Assembly: GCA_965116715.1 (NCBI GenBank)
Contig: OZ220724.1
Location: forward strand, 156,963 to 220,962
Origin: Acidimicrobiales bacterium
Lineage (GTDB): Bacteria; Actinomycetota; Acidimicrobiia; Acidimicrobiales; Poriferisodalaceae
Reading direction: 5' to 3'
DNA: 64,000 nucleotides
Each line of letters begins with the position of its first letter. The first letter of the stretch is position 1. Shown piece after piece: positions 39,046-49,516 of the stretch. The notes below the pieces were generated by a model. It did not search any database. It was not told where the DNA came from and saw nothing but the letters and a program-made list of their open reading frames with translations. The position numbers and the translations under genes were made by a program.

Positions 39046-39669
39046 CTAGAGGCGGGTGATGGTGTCGCCGGCGCGGACGGTGCCGGGCTGGACGACACGG
39101 CAGTTGACGCCTCGCATGCGCAACGCCTGGCCTTCGCCGGTGTTCACGAAACGCAGGGCGTCGCGGCCGAAGCGGGCGGCGAACTTGGCGCAGCCTCGGT
39201 GCGGCTTCGCCGTGACCTCCAAGATGGCGTCGCCGAGCCTCAGCTGGGTGCCGGCGGCCAGCGTGGAGTGGCTGATGTCGAGGTCCGCGTAGATCTGATC
39301 GCCGGCGAGCGGCCAGCGTTCGACCGGTCCGATGACGGCGGCTGCCGCGCGAGAGCTCATGATGGTGATCTGGGCGTCGGGGTGCGGTCCGCCGTCGGGC
39401 GATGTCGGTGAGCCCCGCTGGTCCCACGTGTCGCCCGCGATGCCTTGGGCGTGACTGATTTCGGCCTCTTCGAGCACCTCGCGGGCATCCTCTGCAGGGC
39501 GCCGCACGATGAGTTCGATCGTCCCGCCGTCGGCGGGCGCCTCGCGAATGTGACCGAGCGTTGCCTCCAGCTCGGCCGTGCTGCGGTGGCGGGCCGGAGC
39601 GCCGCCCGCACTCCCGGCGGCGGTGGTGGTTGCTGCTGGTGCGCTCATCGATGTACTTCCCGAAGTCAT
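39046..39669 (-). CDS. MOSC domain-containing protein
   Basis: The C-terminal motif KPHRGCAKFAARFG...RMRGVNCRVVQPGTVRAGD is a MOSC beta-barrel motif. Confidence 0.8.
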   Translation of the reverse strand: MTSGSTSMSAPAATTTAAGSAGGAPARHRSTAELEATLGHIREAPADGGTIELIVRRPAEDAREVLEEAEISHAQGIAGDTWDQRGSPTSPDGGPHPDAQITIMSSRAAAAVIGPVERWPLAGDQIYADLDISHSTLAAGTQLRLGDAILEVTAKPHRGCAKFAARFGRDALRFVNTGEGQALRMRGVNCRVVQPGTVRAGDTITRL

Positions 39670-39710
39670 GTCGGCGGATACAGGCGCTGAAGGCCAACTC
39701 CAGCGCAGGA

Positions 39711-42700
39711 TTATCGCGCCCCGGCGGGCTCAGCCGAAGTGAATTCCAGCTGTAGGTCGCGCGCCACTGCGTCGGGGCTTCGCGCTGCGGGGTCGCCGTA
39801 ACCGCCGCCGCCCGGGAACTCCACGATCAGGCGGCGGTCGCCGGGAATCACCGAACGCCCCTTGGCACGCACCTCGGTGCCGTCGTCGAGCGACAGGCGT
39901 CCCAGCGCTCCGGGTGCACCGCCGTGCCGCCCGCGCGCGGGGAAGACCGTCCGTTCGTAGGTCGCGCTGATCGAGAAGTCTCTTCCTTGGCGGTTCTCCA
40001 GCTCGATGACCTGGCCGAGCCCACCCCGGTACATGCCCCCTCCGCCGGAGTCGGTGCGGAACTCCTTGCGCCAGAACACGAGCGGCGAACCGATCTCGTT
40101 CACCTCTACCGGCATGTTGCGAACACCGCTCGGGAACGCTGTCGCCGACAACCCGTCTGCCTGCGGGCGGGCGCCGGCACCGCCCGAATGGAAGCTCATC
40201 AGGATGTACCGCTCGAGCCTGCGGCGCGCCTCATGGTCGGCCTCGTCGTCATGTCCGATACGACCGGTGCCGGATTGCCCGACCGTCGTACGCGAGCGAT
40301 TCGTCGAGCCGACTCCGGTGTCGGGCTCCCACATGCCGGTGCCGAGCAGGTTCCACAGCGACGATGTGCCCTCCGCGGGCACCCGCTCGGGCACCACTTG
40401 GCTCAGGCATCCGAACACGGCGTCGGGGAGCAGCTGGCCCATGACGTGACGCACGTTCACCGCTGCTGGATGGGGCGCATTGAGAATGCAGCCCTCCGGT
40501 GCTCGGACGCGCACGGCGTCGAGCGAGCCTGTGTTGTTCGGGATATCGGGGCCGATGATGCAGCGCACGCCGAATGACGTGTAGGCGTCGGTGTAGGCCA
40601 TCGGCACATTGATGCCCCAGCTCGACTGGGGCCCAGTGCCGGCGAAGTCCACGTCGATGCCGTCATCGCCGACGGTCAGCGAGCACACGATGTCGATGTG
40701 CTGCTCCATGCCGTCGACTCGCATCGTCGAGTCCCACGTGCCCGGTGGCAGCTCGCCGATCGCATCGAGCATGGCCCGGTGCGACGACGTGATGATGTGG
40801 TCGGCCAGCTCGTCCAAGTCAGCCATGCCGTATTCGTCCATCATCGAGATGAGGCGAGCAGCGCCGGTCTCGTTGCAAGCAGCCAGCGAGTGGATGTCGC
40901 CGACGACCTGCACCGGGTCGCGGACGTTGGCCTCGATGATCGCCACCACATTCGGGTCGAACACGCCGTCGGTCGCGAACTTCAGGATCGGCAGGTACAG
41001 GCCCTCGTGGTACACCTCCTTCGAGTCGGTGGTGAACCCGGCACCGCCGATGTCCACCACGTGGCTCGTGCAGGCGAACAGCGCCACCAGCTCGCCGCGC
41101 AGGAAGGCCGGCGTGACCACCACGATGTCGAACAGGTGGCCAGTGCCCTTCCACGGGTCGTTGGTGAGGAAGATGTCGCCGGGGCGCATCTCCGACGCCG
41201 GGTAGCGATCCAGGAAGTGCAGCACCGAGTAGGCCATGGAGTTCACGTGGCCCGGTGTGCCCGTGACCGACTGGGCGAGCATCCGCCCCTGTGGGTCGAA
41301 GATGCCCGCCGACAGGTCGCCGGCTTCGCGGGTGGAGGTGCTGAAGGCAGCACGCACGAGCGCCCGTGCCTGCTCCTCGGTCACCGAGATGAGGCGGTTC
41401 CACTGCACGCCGAGCCGCACCGCGTCGAGGTCTGCAGCGGCATCGGCTGCGGTCCGCGGCTGCTGCGGCGCCGAGACGCCGGTGAGCCGCAGATGGCCGC
41501 CGACCGTGACCGTTGCCGCCGCTCCAGCGGGCACCAAGGTCGTGGTCTGATCCTCGGTGACCAGCGCAGGCCCTGCTAGCCACGCGCCTTCGATGAGGGC
41601 GTCGCGCTCGAAGACCGCATGGGGGACGGCCCGGCCGGTTGCGGTATCGGTGACCAGCGCCGTCGCGTCGGAGGCGACCGGCTCGACTGCGACGGCTGGG
41701 TGCAGGGAAACGGCGGCAGCCTGAGGGGTGCGGACTTCCAGCAGCCAGCTCAGCACTTCGATCTCGAGGTTGCCGATGTGGCGCGTGTAGAGCTGCTGGT
41801 AGGCCTTGGTGAATGCGGTGCGCAGCTGGTTGCGAACCTCGGCGTCGCTCGGGTTATCGATGTCGTCGGCGAGCAGCGCTGCGGCGTCGACGTCGACGGT
41901 GATCTCATGGCCTTGACCGCGGTACCGCATCAAGGCCCGCGCATGGGTGACCGTCTCGGCACCGGGCGCGGCAGCGTGCACGATCGCGTTCGACTCGGCG
42001 GCCATCTCGCGCAGCAGGCCCGCCAGGTTCGCTGCGGTCAGCTCGCTCACCCGGGCATGGCGTGTGCGCACCGATTCGTGAGCGACAGGCGCCGCCAGGA
42101 AGCCGATGGCCGACCCCACGCCTGCCCCCGCTGGCACCACGATGTCGTCAATGCCCAGCTTGGCAGCCACCCGCGCAGCGTGCAGCGACGCCGCGCCGCC
42201 GAAGGCGATGAGCGTCCCGCTGCTGATGTCGCAGCCTTGATCTGCTGCGTGAACGCGACCGGCGTTGGCCATGTTCTCGTCGACCACTTCGGAGATGCCG
42301 ATGGCAGAGACGGTCGTCTGCAGGCCCGACGGTTCCGCCAGCGCGGTCCCGACGGCCTTGGCGGCGGCGTCGACGTCGAAGGTCAATGTGCCGCCGGCGA
42401 ACCGTTCCGGCGCCAGCCGGCCCAGCACGGCATCGGCGTCGGTCACCGTCGGCTCGATTCCGCCACGCCCGTAGGCGGCGGGACCCGGTTCGGAACCGGC
42501 GCTGGCCGGACCGACAGTGATGCGCCCGAGCGCATCGAGGCTGGCGATGGAGCCGCCGCCGGCGCCGATCTCGACCATCTCGATCACCGGCAGACGCAGC
42601 GGGAGCCCGCTGCCGGCCAGGAAGCGGTACTCGCGGCCCACCTCGAACTCACGGCTCGTGCGGGGATGACCGCCCTCGACGATGCACAGCTTCGCCGTGG

Positions 42701-43589
42701 TGCCGCCCATGTCGAAGCTGAGGGCTCGTTCGCAGCCGAGGCCTCGGGCAATTCCCGAGGCGAGCAGAGCGCCGCCCGCGGGCCCGCTCTCGATCAACCG
42801 GACCGGGAAGCGCAGCGCCTCGGCGAGCGTTCCCAGCCCGCCGCCTGAGGTCATGAGGAACACCTCGCAGCCCAATCCCAGCGCTGCGAGCCGCGCATCG
42901 AGGTCGGTCAAGTACTGCCTCACCAGCGGTGCGATGTAGGCGTTGGCGCATGCAGTGGAGAAGCGTTCGTATTCCCGGATCTCGGGGCAGACCTCGCTGG
43001 AGATGGTGACGGTCGCCTCGGGCCAACAGCCGGCCAGGATCTCGGCGGTGCGCTGCTCGTGGCGGGCATCGAGATACGAGTGCAGGTAGCCGACGGCGAC
43101 GCTGGTGACGCCGTCGGCCGCGAGCGACGCTGCTGCGGCCCGGACGGCATCTTCGTCGAGCGGCAGCAGCACACTGCCGTCGGCGGCGAGGCGCTCGGGA
43201 ATGCCGATGCGACGGTTGCGCGGCACCAGCGGCTCGGGCCGGCGCATGTACAGGTCGTACTGCTCGAACCGGTTCTCATGGGCCATCTCGACTGAGTCGC
43301 GGATGCCTTGGGTCGTCAGCAGCGCCGTGCGTGCGCCCCGGCGCTCGATGAGCGCGTTGGTGGCGAGCGTGGTGCCGTGGATGAACACTTCCACCTCGCC
43401 GGGCCCGACGCCTGCGGTTGCAAGAACGGTCTGGACGCCGTCGAGCACGGCATCGGCCGGCGCCTCCGGGGTTGTCAGCACCTTCGTGGTGTGGAGCTGA
43501 CCGGGGGCACCCTCAGCGCCGACCTCGAGCGCGATGTCGGTGAATGTGCCGCCGATGTCGGCCGCGAGCCGAGCGCGCCTGGGGGCCAT
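39711..43589 (-). CDS. fused hydantoinase A/B-type 5-oxoprolinase (about 1292 aa)
   Basis: The HyuA N-terminus (ADIGGTFTDIAL) and a HyuB-type C-terminal half lie in one ORF. The start is set at MAPRRARLAADIGG. The upstream 87 codons are rejected because they are antisense to ribH. Confidence 0.85.
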   Translation of the reverse strand: MAPRRARLAADIGGTFTDIALEVGAEGAPGQLHTTKVLTTPEAPADAVLDGVQTVLATAGVGPGEVEVFIHGTTLATNALIERRGARTALLTTQGIRDSVEMAHENRFEQYDLYMRRPEPLVPRNRRIGIPERLAADGSVLLPLDEDAVRAAAASLAADGVTSVAVGYLHSYLDARHEQRTAEILAGCWPEATVTISSEVCPEIREYERFSTACANAYIAPLVRQYLTDLDARLAALGLGCEVFLMTSGGGLGTLAEALRFPVRLIESGPAGGALLASGIARGLGCERALSFDMGGTTAKLCIVEGGHPRTSREFEVGREYRFLAGSGLPLRLPVIEMVEIGAGGGSIASLDALGRITVGPASAGSEPGPAAYGRGGIEPTVTDADAVLGRLAPERFAGGTLTFDVDAAAKAVGTALAEPSGLQTTVSAIGISEVVDENMANAGRVHAADQGCDISSGTLIAFGGAASLHAARVAAKLGIDDIVVPAGAGVGSAIGFLAAPVAHESVRTRHARVSELTAANLAGLLREMAAESNAIVHAAAPGAETVTHARALMRYRGQGHEITVDVDAAALLADDIDNPSDAEVRNQLRTAFTKAYQQLYTRHIGNLEIEVLSWLLEVRTPQAAAVSLHPAVAVEPVASDATALVTDTATGRAVPHAVFERDALIEGAWLAGPALVTEDQTTTLVPAGAAATVTVGGHLRLTGVSAPQQPRTAADAAADLDAVRLGVQWNRLISVTEEQARALVRAAFSTSTREAGDLSAGIFDPQGRMLAQSVTGTPGHVNSMAYSVLHFLDRYPASEMRPGDIFLTNDPWKGTGHLFDIVVVTPAFLRGELVALFACTSHVVDIGGAGFTTDSKEVYHEGLYLPILKFATDGVFDPNVVAIIEANVRDPVQVVGDIHSLAACNETGAARLISMMDEYGMADLDELADHIITSSHRAMLDAIGELPPGTWDSTMRVDGMEQHIDIVCSLTVGDDGIDVDFAGTGPQSSWGINVPMAYTDAYTSFGVRCIIGPDIPNNTGSLDAVRVRAPEGCILNAPHPAAVNVRHVMGQLLPDAVFGCLSQVVPERVPAEGTSSLWNLLGTGMWEPDTGVGSTNRSRTTVGQSGTGRIGHDDEADHEARRRLERYILMSFHSGGAGARPQADGLSATAFPSGVRNMPVEVNEIGSPLVFWRKEFRTDSGGGGMYRGGLGQVIELENRQGRDFSISATYERTVFPARGRHGGAPGALGRLSLDDGTEVRAKGRSVIPGDRRLIVEFPGGGGYGDPAARSPDAVARDLQLEFTSAEPAGAR

Positions 43590-43651
43590 CCGCCCAGCGT
43601 AGGCGCGCCGTCCTGGGGCGCCCCCTGTGGTCAGGGGGGTACCGTGCAGGC

Positions 43652-44137
43652 GTGGCGAGCGGCGATCAGCGGGCCAGCAGGCCACCGGCAGGGGCTGGTG
43701 CGGGGCTGCGCGTCGGCGTCGTGCGAGCGGCGTGGAATCGCGACATCGTGGATCGGCTGGCGGCTGGCGCCCAGCGCGGCCTGGACGAGCTCGGTGTCGC
43801 TGAGACGACCGAGGTGATGGTGCCCGGTTGCTTCGAGATCCCATTCGCATCGCAGGTGCTGGCTCGCAGCGGGCATGTCGATGCGATCGTGGTCATCGGG
43901 GCGGTGATCCGCGGGGAGACGACCCACTACGAGCTGGTCAGCGAGGGCGCCGCGCAGGGCGTGATGGCCGTTCAGCTCGACACAGGTGTGCCGGTCGGTT
44001 TCGGCTTGGTCACGGTGGAGAACAGCGAACAAGCCGTGGCCCGCAGCGAGGGCGCTGGCGGCCACAACGTCGGCGAGGAAGCGGCCTATGTGGCGGTGTC
44101 GATGGCGCTGCTCGCCCGCGACTTCCCTGCAGGCTGA
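43652..44137 (+). CDS. ribH: 6,7-dimethyl-8-ribityllumazine synthase
   Basis: The motifs VPGCFEIPFASQ, GAVIRGETTHYE and GFGLVTVEN are lumazine synthase motifs. GTG 43652 was chosen to give about 161 aa. Confidence 0.85.
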   Translation: MASGDQRASRPPAGAGAGLRVGVVRAAWNRDIVDRLAAGAQRGLDELGVAETTEVMVPGCFEIPFASQVLARSGHVDAIVVIGAVIRGETTHYELVSEGAAQGVMAVQLDTGVPVGFGLVTVENSEQAVARSEGAGGHNVGEEAAYVAVSMALLARDFPAG

Positions 44138-44154
44138 GCAACCGGACGCGTGCC

Positions 44155-45144
44155 CTACGCAGGGTCGGGGCGCATCCGCACAAGCACCTTGCCCACGGCT
44201 TCGCGTTCGTCGAGGAGCCGGTAGGCCTCGGCGCTCTGCTCGAAGGGCAGCACCTGGCCGATCGGCGGCTTCACCGCTCCCGATGCGATCATGCCGAGCA
44301 GGCGCTCGTGAATGCCGGCGGGGATCGTCGGGTCGGCCGCCACAGCCTCGCCCCAGGCGGCGCCGACCAGGCTCACGTTGCGCAGCAGCAGCCGGTTCAC
44401 CTTCACCGTCGGGATCTCGCCCGCGGCAAACCCGACCACGACGAGCCGTCCGAAGCGTGCCAGCGCCCGGATGCCGTCGAGGAAGCGATCGCCGCCGACA
44501 GGGTCATAGGTCATGTCGACGCCCCGACCGCCGGTGAGCTCGCGCACCTCGTCCTTCCAGGAGTCGCTGATGAGCACGATGTGATCGGCGCCCGCTGCCC
44601 GGGCGATCTCACCCTTGGCCTCGGTGGAGACCAGGCCGATCACGGGACCGGCGCCCACGCCCTTGGCCACCTGAATGCCCGAGGTGCCCACGCCACCCGA
44701 GGCGCCGAGCACCAGCACCGATTCGCCCTCGCGCAGCCCTGCCCGGTCGATCATGCAGAACACGGCGGTCTGGTAGTTCATGACCAGGGCGGCGCCCTCT
44801 TCGAAGCTCAGCTCCGGGGGCAAGGCGAAGAGGTCACGCGGCTTGGTCGCCACCACCTCGGCCAGGCAGCCATTGGACCACACGCACACCCGGTCGCCGG
44901 GTGCGTAACCCGAGTCGGCGGGTGCCGAGCGCACAACGCCCGCGGCTTCGATCCCCGGTCGGAAGGGAGGGTCGGGACGGTACTGGTAGAGGCCTTGGCT
45001 CTGGAGCAGATCGGGGAAGGACACGCCGCCGCAGACGATGTCGACGACCACCGATGCGCCGTTCGCATCGGCGACCGGTTCGGGAGCGTCGACCACGGCG
45101 ACGCCCGCTGGGCCGGTGAGGGACTGGATTTCCAATGCACGCAT
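44155..45144 (-). CDS. NADPH:quinone oxidoreductase-like medium-chain dehydrogenase
   Basis: MRALEIQSLTGP..., GASGGVGTSGIQVAKG and the C-terminal GKVLV motif are present. The start is set at MRALEI. Confidence 0.8.
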   Translation of the reverse strand: MRALEIQSLTGPAGVAVVDAPEPVADANGASVVVDIVCGGVSFPDLLQSQGLYQYRPDPPFRPGIEAAGVVRSAPADSGYAPGDRVCVWSNGCLAEVVATKPRDLFALPPELSFEEGAALVMNYQTAVFCMIDRAGLREGESVLVLGASGGVGTSGIQVAKGVGAGPVIGLVSTEAKGEIARAAGADHIVLISDSWKDEVRELTGGRGVDMTYDPVGGDRFLDGIRALARFGRLVVVGFAAGEIPTVKVNRLLLRNVSLVGAAWGEAVAADPTIPAGIHERLLGMIASGAVKPPIGQVLPFEQSAEAYRLLDEREAVGKVLVRMRPDPA

Positions 45145-45257
45145 GGCGTCACTGTGCCACAGGAGCGCTATCCGGGCCGCTGGTACTGTTGGCCGCGCAG
45201 CGAGCCCGCACCGGGGCGACCAGGCGTGCGGGCGCTCAACGGGAGGCAACCAGAGCG

Positions 45258-46400
45258 ATGCGGTACTACTCGTGCGATTCACACGTGGTCGAGGCAGCCG
45301 AGATCTATGCGGGATTGACGGACAGGTTCGGCGATCGGGCACCGTTCATCAGCAAGGACTACAACGACAAGCCGGGCACGTGGCTCGTGCTGCCGGGCGG
45401 CATCCGTCCCGTGCCGGTGGGCCGGCTGGGCATCGCCGGCGCCAGCCTCTCCGACCCGGCCACCCACGCCCGCATCGAGAAGGGCTACGACGGCTTCAAT
45501 CCCGGCGTCATGGACCCGACTGCTCGTCTGGACGAGCAGGCCCAGGACGGCATTGTGGGCGAGGTCATGTACCCGAGCCTGTCGATGTTCACGTTCGCGA
45601 TTCCCGACGACGAGGTGCGCGACGCCGCCTTCCGGAATCACAACGACTGGGTGCTCGACTACTGCTCGGTGGACCGCAATCGCCTCATCGGCGTCGGCTG
45701 CCTGCCCTTGCCCGACGTGGAGCGGGCCATCGCCGAGATCGACCGTTCAGCCCAGCTCGGCGTGCGCGGTTTCGCCATCCCTGCCCATGTCGACCCTGCG
45801 AAGCCCTACTGCCACCCCGACTTCGACCCGTTTTGGGCGCGGGCCCAAGAATTCGGCGTGCCGCTCACCATGCACATCTTCACCGGCTCGAGCCTCGAGG
45901 GCGGCATGCCCGAGCACTGGGGCACGCCGGGCGGCCACCTGAAGGGCTACACGCTGGCGCACACGACCATCGCCAACACGATCATCGATCTGATCTGCGG
46001 CGGCGTCGTGGAGCGTTTCCCCGATCTGCGCTTCGTCTGTGCCGAGTACGAGACGGGCTGGGTCGGCCACTTCAAGCAGCGCCTCGACCATGCGGCGTAT
46101 CGCACGCCCTGGGAGGTGTCCGACGAGCTCACCATGAAGCCGTCGGAGTACTTCGACCGGAACTTCTGGGTCACGTTCGAGGACGACGTGGAGGGCGTCG
46201 CGACACGGCACTCGATCGGTGTCAGCAACCTGCTGTGGGGCAACGACTACCCCCACCACGACTCGATCTGGCCGAACTCGCGGCCGATCCTCGACGAGAT
46301 CCTCTCGGGTGTTCCTGACGACGAGAAGGAACAGATGGTCTGGAGCAACGTCCTCGAGCTCTACAGCCTCGACCCCGATTCGCTCCCGGCGGCCGCCTGA
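45258..46400 (+). CDS. amidohydrolase-2 family protein (ACMSD-like metal-dependent hydrolase)
   Basis: The N-terminus has CDSHV and the C-terminus has LLWGNDYPHHDS. GGGAGG precedes ATG 45258. Confidence 0.8.
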   Translation: MRYYSCDSHVVEAAEIYAGLTDRFGDRAPFISKDYNDKPGTWLVLPGGIRPVPVGRLGIAGASLSDPATHARIEKGYDGFNPGVMDPTARLDEQAQDGIVGEVMYPSLSMFTFAIPDDEVRDAAFRNHNDWVLDYCSVDRNRLIGVGCLPLPDVERAIAEIDRSAQLGVRGFAIPAHVDPAKPYCHPDFDPFWARAQEFGVPLTMHIFTGSSLEGGMPEHWGTPGGHLKGYTLAHTTIANTIIDLICGGVVERFPDLRFVCAEYETGWVGHFKQRLDHAAYRTPWEVSDELTMKPSEYFDRNFWVTFEDDVEGVATRHSIGVSNLLWGNDYPHHDSIWPNSRPILDEILSGVPDDEKEQMVWSNVLELYSLDPDSLPAAA

Positions 46401-46422
46401 GCGCTGAGCTGGCCGCTCGGGG

Positions 46423-47274
46423 CTACGCCCCGATGAGCGGTTCCAGGTGAGCGCGGATGGCCTTGGCGACCCGCTCGCCGTTCTCCATCGGTCCGAAGTG
46501 GCTCAGCTCGGCGAATGCCTCGAGGCGGCCGTTGCCGAGCGACTCGGCGATGGGCTGCGCGACCTGGGGCGGGATGGTGTTCCACATGGCGGGGGAGTCG
46601 CCACGAGCGACGACGGTCGGGCAGGTCACGGCGCCGAAGGCGCTGTAGTCCACGGGCTCGCCGGACTCGTAGATGCGGGCCTCGGTGTCACCCGAGCACG
46701 ACAGCCGCACTGCGTCGTCGCCTGAGGGATAGGTGCCGATCTCCACATACGCCCTGACTGCCTGAGGCTCGCATCCTGCAAAGGGCGGCTTGGACATGAA
46801 TCGGTCATATGCCTCGTCGACTGTGGCGAAGCGGATGCGTCTGCGCCTCGAAGCCACCACGAGTTCGTGGTCGGAATCGGGCATGGGAAAGCCGTCGGGC
46901 ACCAGCACCGGCTCGTACAGGTACAGGCCCCGGTAGCTGCCCGGATGCTGCAGCTCAGCCAGCAGCAGGCTGGCGGCGCCCAGCGAGTGGCCGACGGCCA
47001 GCAGCGGCTCGCCGCCCAAGGCGTTCACTGCGGTCAGCACCTCTTCGGTGAAGCGCGCCCGCTCGACCGACATGTCGTCGTGCTGTGGACGTGAGGCGCC
47101 GTGCCCCCGGAAGTCCAGTCCCCAGCACCGGAACGTGTCCTGCAAGTGAGGCACCACGGTGGCCCACATGCCGGCATTGAGGCCGTTGCCGTGCGTCATG
47201 AGCAGGGGCGTTCCGTGCCCGCCCAGATCGTGGAGCACGGCATGCTCGCCGTCGGAGGTGGTCAGCCGCATCAT
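46423..47274 (-). CDS. alpha/beta hydrolase
   Basis: It has HGNGLN and the nucleophile elbow GHSLGA. Confidence 0.75.
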   Translation of the reverse strand: MMRLTTSDGEHAVLHDLGGHGTPLLMTHGNGLNAGMWATVVPHLQDTFRCWGLDFRGHGASRPQHDDMSVERARFTEEVLTAVNALGGEPLLAVGHSLGAASLLLAELQHPGSYRGLYLYEPVLVPDGFPMPDSDHELVVASRRRRIRFATVDEAYDRFMSKPPFAGCEPQAVRAYVEIGTYPSGDDAVRLSCSGDTEARIYESGEPVDYSAFGAVTCPTVVARGDSPAMWNTIPPQVAQPIAESLGNGRLEAFAELSHFGPMENGERVAKAIRAHLEPLIGA

Positions 47275-47371
47275 CGTCGTGGCACGTTAGTTGCCTGCTC
47301 CGCGATTGTCGTGTCCAGGGGCGAGACCGGTTTCCCTGACGCCGCTGCCGCGCCGCGGGCAGACTGACGCC

Positions 47372-48094
47372 ATGGCGAACTTCACACACGGCTCCGCAGA
47401 CATTCACTACGACGATCACGGCTCCGGCTTCCCGCTGTTGCTCATTGCCCCCGGGGGAATGCGATCTGCAGCGTCGTTCTGGGAGCACACGCCGTGGAAC
47501 CCGATCACCCAACTCTCCGACCGGTACCGGGTGATAGCGATGGACCAGCGCAACGCCGGCCGCTCCACGGCCCCCATCTCCGCCGATGATGGCTGGACCA
47601 CCTACACGGCCGACCAGCTCGCGCTCATGGACCATCTCGGCTGCGAGCAGTTCCACCTGGCGGGCATGTGCATCGGCGGTCCTTACATCATGGGGCTGAT
47701 CCAGGCAGCGCCCGAGCGGGTGGCGAGCGCCACGCTGTTCCAGACCATCGGGCTCGACGAGAACCGTGACGCTTTCTACGACATGTTCGACGACTGGGCG
47801 CAGGCGATCCGCGACGGGCACCCCGAAGCCGACGACGCGGCTTGGACTCAGTTCCGCTCGAACATGTACGACGGCGACAACTTCCTGTTCAACGTGGACC
47901 GGGATTTCGTCGCGACCGTCCAGACGCCGCTGCTGGTGCTGCTTGGCAATGACCTGTACCACCCCGAGTCGTCGTCGCGCATCGTCCACGACGCCGCACC
48001 CAACTCCACGCTGATCGAAGACTGGATGGACGGCGACGCCCGGACAGCGGCGATGGACCAATTCGCCGCCTTCCTCGCCACCCACACCCCCTGA
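47372..48094 (+). CDS. alpha/beta-fold protein with a Cys at the nucleophile-elbow position
   Basis: It has LLLIAPGGM and the elbow GMCIGG, with Cys where Ser is usual. The start is set at MANFTHG. Confidence 0.7.
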   Translation: MANFTHGSADIHYDDHGSGFPLLLIAPGGMRSAASFWEHTPWNPITQLSDRYRVIAMDQRNAGRSTAPISADDGWTTYTADQLALMDHLGCEQFHLAGMCIGGPYIMGLIQAAPERVASATLFQTIGLDENRDAFYDMFDDWAQAIRDGHPEADDAAWTQFRSNMYDGDNFLFNVDRDFVATVQTPLLVLLGNDLYHPESSSRIVHDAAPNSTLIEDWMDGDARTAAMDQFAAFLATHTP

Positions 48095-48145
48095 ACGGAG
48101 GATCGTGCCTGCTCCGCAGCAGGCGGGGCGCATTAGCTTGCGCGC

Positions 48146-48973
48146 ATGACTTCCGCAGGCAGTTCAGACAGTTCCACGAGTGCCGACCGTCGGCTGGACG
48201 GCAAGGTGGCGGTGGTCACCGGGGCGAGCCGGGGCATCGGCGAAGCCAGCGCGCGAGCGCTGGACGCCGCGGGCGCTCGGGTGGTGCTGACGGGCCGGAC
48301 GACGGCAGATCTCGAACGCGTCGCAGACGAGCTGCTGCATGATCCGGTCGTCCTGACGGCCGATCTCGCTCCCGCCGGAGCCGGCACCGACCTGGCCCGG
48401 CGCATCCTGGGCGAGGTCGACGGCGTCGACGTGCTGGTCAACAACGCAGGCATTCCCATGCGCCGGACTCCCGCACAGCTCACTGAGGCTGACTTCGACT
48501 TGGTCTTCTCGATCAACGTGCGCTCGCTGGTGATGCTGAGCATCGGGCTGGCACCGTCGATGACTGCTCGCGGCGGGGGATCGGTGATCAACATCAGCTC
48601 GGTCGCCGGCGTGCACGGGCCGCTCGGCCGTGTCGCCTATGCCGGCACCAAAGGTGCCGTCGATGCGATGACCCGAGCGCTCGCAGCGGACTGGGGCCCC
48701 GGCGGCATCCGGGTGAACTCGATAGCGCCGGGTCTGATTGCGACCGCCATCTGGGAGGAAGCACGCAACAACGTGCCGGGCCTCATCGACGACCTTGCCG
48801 GTCAGATTGCCCTCAAGCGCTGGGGCTTCGGCGACGACATCGCCGACGTCGTGCTGTTCTTCGCATCGGATGCATCCCGCTACGTCACCGGCGAGACGCT
48901 GGTGGTGGACGGCGGGCTGGCTCGTGTCACGGCCTCGAACGCCCCGCCGGCACTGCCTGAGCTCGAGGACTAA
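48146..48973 (+). CDS. short-chain dehydrogenase/reductase (SDR)
   Basis: It has TGASRGIG, NNAG and the YAGTK catalytic motif. Confidence 0.85.
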   Translation: MTSAGSSDSSTSADRRLDGKVAVVTGASRGIGEASARALDAAGARVVLTGRTTADLERVADELLHDPVVLTADLAPAGAGTDLARRILGEVDGVDVLVNNAGIPMRRTPAQLTEADFDLVFSINVRSLVMLSIGLAPSMTARGGGSVINISSVAGVHGPLGRVAYAGTKGAVDAMTRALAADWGPGGIRVNSIAPGLIATAIWEEARNNVPGLIDDLAGQIALKRWGFGDDIADVVLFFASDASRYVTGETLVVDGGLARVTASNAPPALPELED

Positions 48974-49091
48974 GCAGCGCCTGGACGCGCGGAGGGCGCC
49001 GGACCGCAGTCCGGCGCCCTCCGTTGTGCGCCTGAGCCGTCAGCCCTGCCGGGCTGCGGCTGCGTTCAGTTGTCTACGCAGCGGCGCGTGC
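48788..49091 (+). repeat. left copy of an approximately 304-bp direct repeat (SDR 3' end, terminator and last about 25 nt of proX)
   Basis: It aligns base-for-base with 51803-52106. The last 100 nt or so are identical. The first 200 nt carry scattered substitutions. Confidence 0.85.
48992..49021. terminator. 13-bp perfect hairpin, bidirectional terminator (left copy)
   Basis: GAGGGCGCCGGAC-cgca-GTCCGGCGCCCTC, 19 nt after the SDR stop. Confidence 0.6.
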
Positions 49092-49119
49092 CCCGTCGCT
49101 GGCGACTCAACTGAGGATG

Positions 49120-49428
49120 TCATCGCAGAGAGCCCTCGCAGGCGCTTTGCGCGTCGAATCCGGCAAGTATCCAGTCCCGTCGGGCATGGCGAATCGATTC
49201 CTCGGAGTGTTGGTGTTCCTCTTCCGAGAGAATCGTCGTCGATTCATTCGTCGCCTGTTCGTGCCCCGCCATGTGGGCTTCAACCAGATCACCGTAGTGC
49301 TCCTCTGCATCCAGTTGTGCTTCGACCGCCGCCTCACACTTTGCAGAACCGTCTGTTGCCGAACACGCCGCCATCAGGGCGACTAGCGCGATGCTGGCTG
49401 CCCGGGCAACCCGAATTGGGATGGACAT
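49120..49428 (-). CDS. small putative lipoprotein (102 aa)
   Basis: A signal peptide with lipobox (ASIALVALMAAC) is followed by an acidic, His-rich helical domain. Only the last 102 codons of the 251-aa track ORF are credible. Confidence 0.45.
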   Translation of the reverse strand: MSIPIRVARAASIALVALMAACSATDGSAKCEAAVEAQLDAEEHYGDLVEAHMAGHEQATNESTTILSEEEHQHSEESIRHARRDWILAGFDAQSACEGSLR

Positions 49429-49516
49429 GCGAACTAGACCGCCACGGGCTGGTTGCTGCAGGCATTCTGCGCCTGCGTTGCCGAGCAGCCACAGAAGGCT
49501 TCGTGGATGAATCCGG

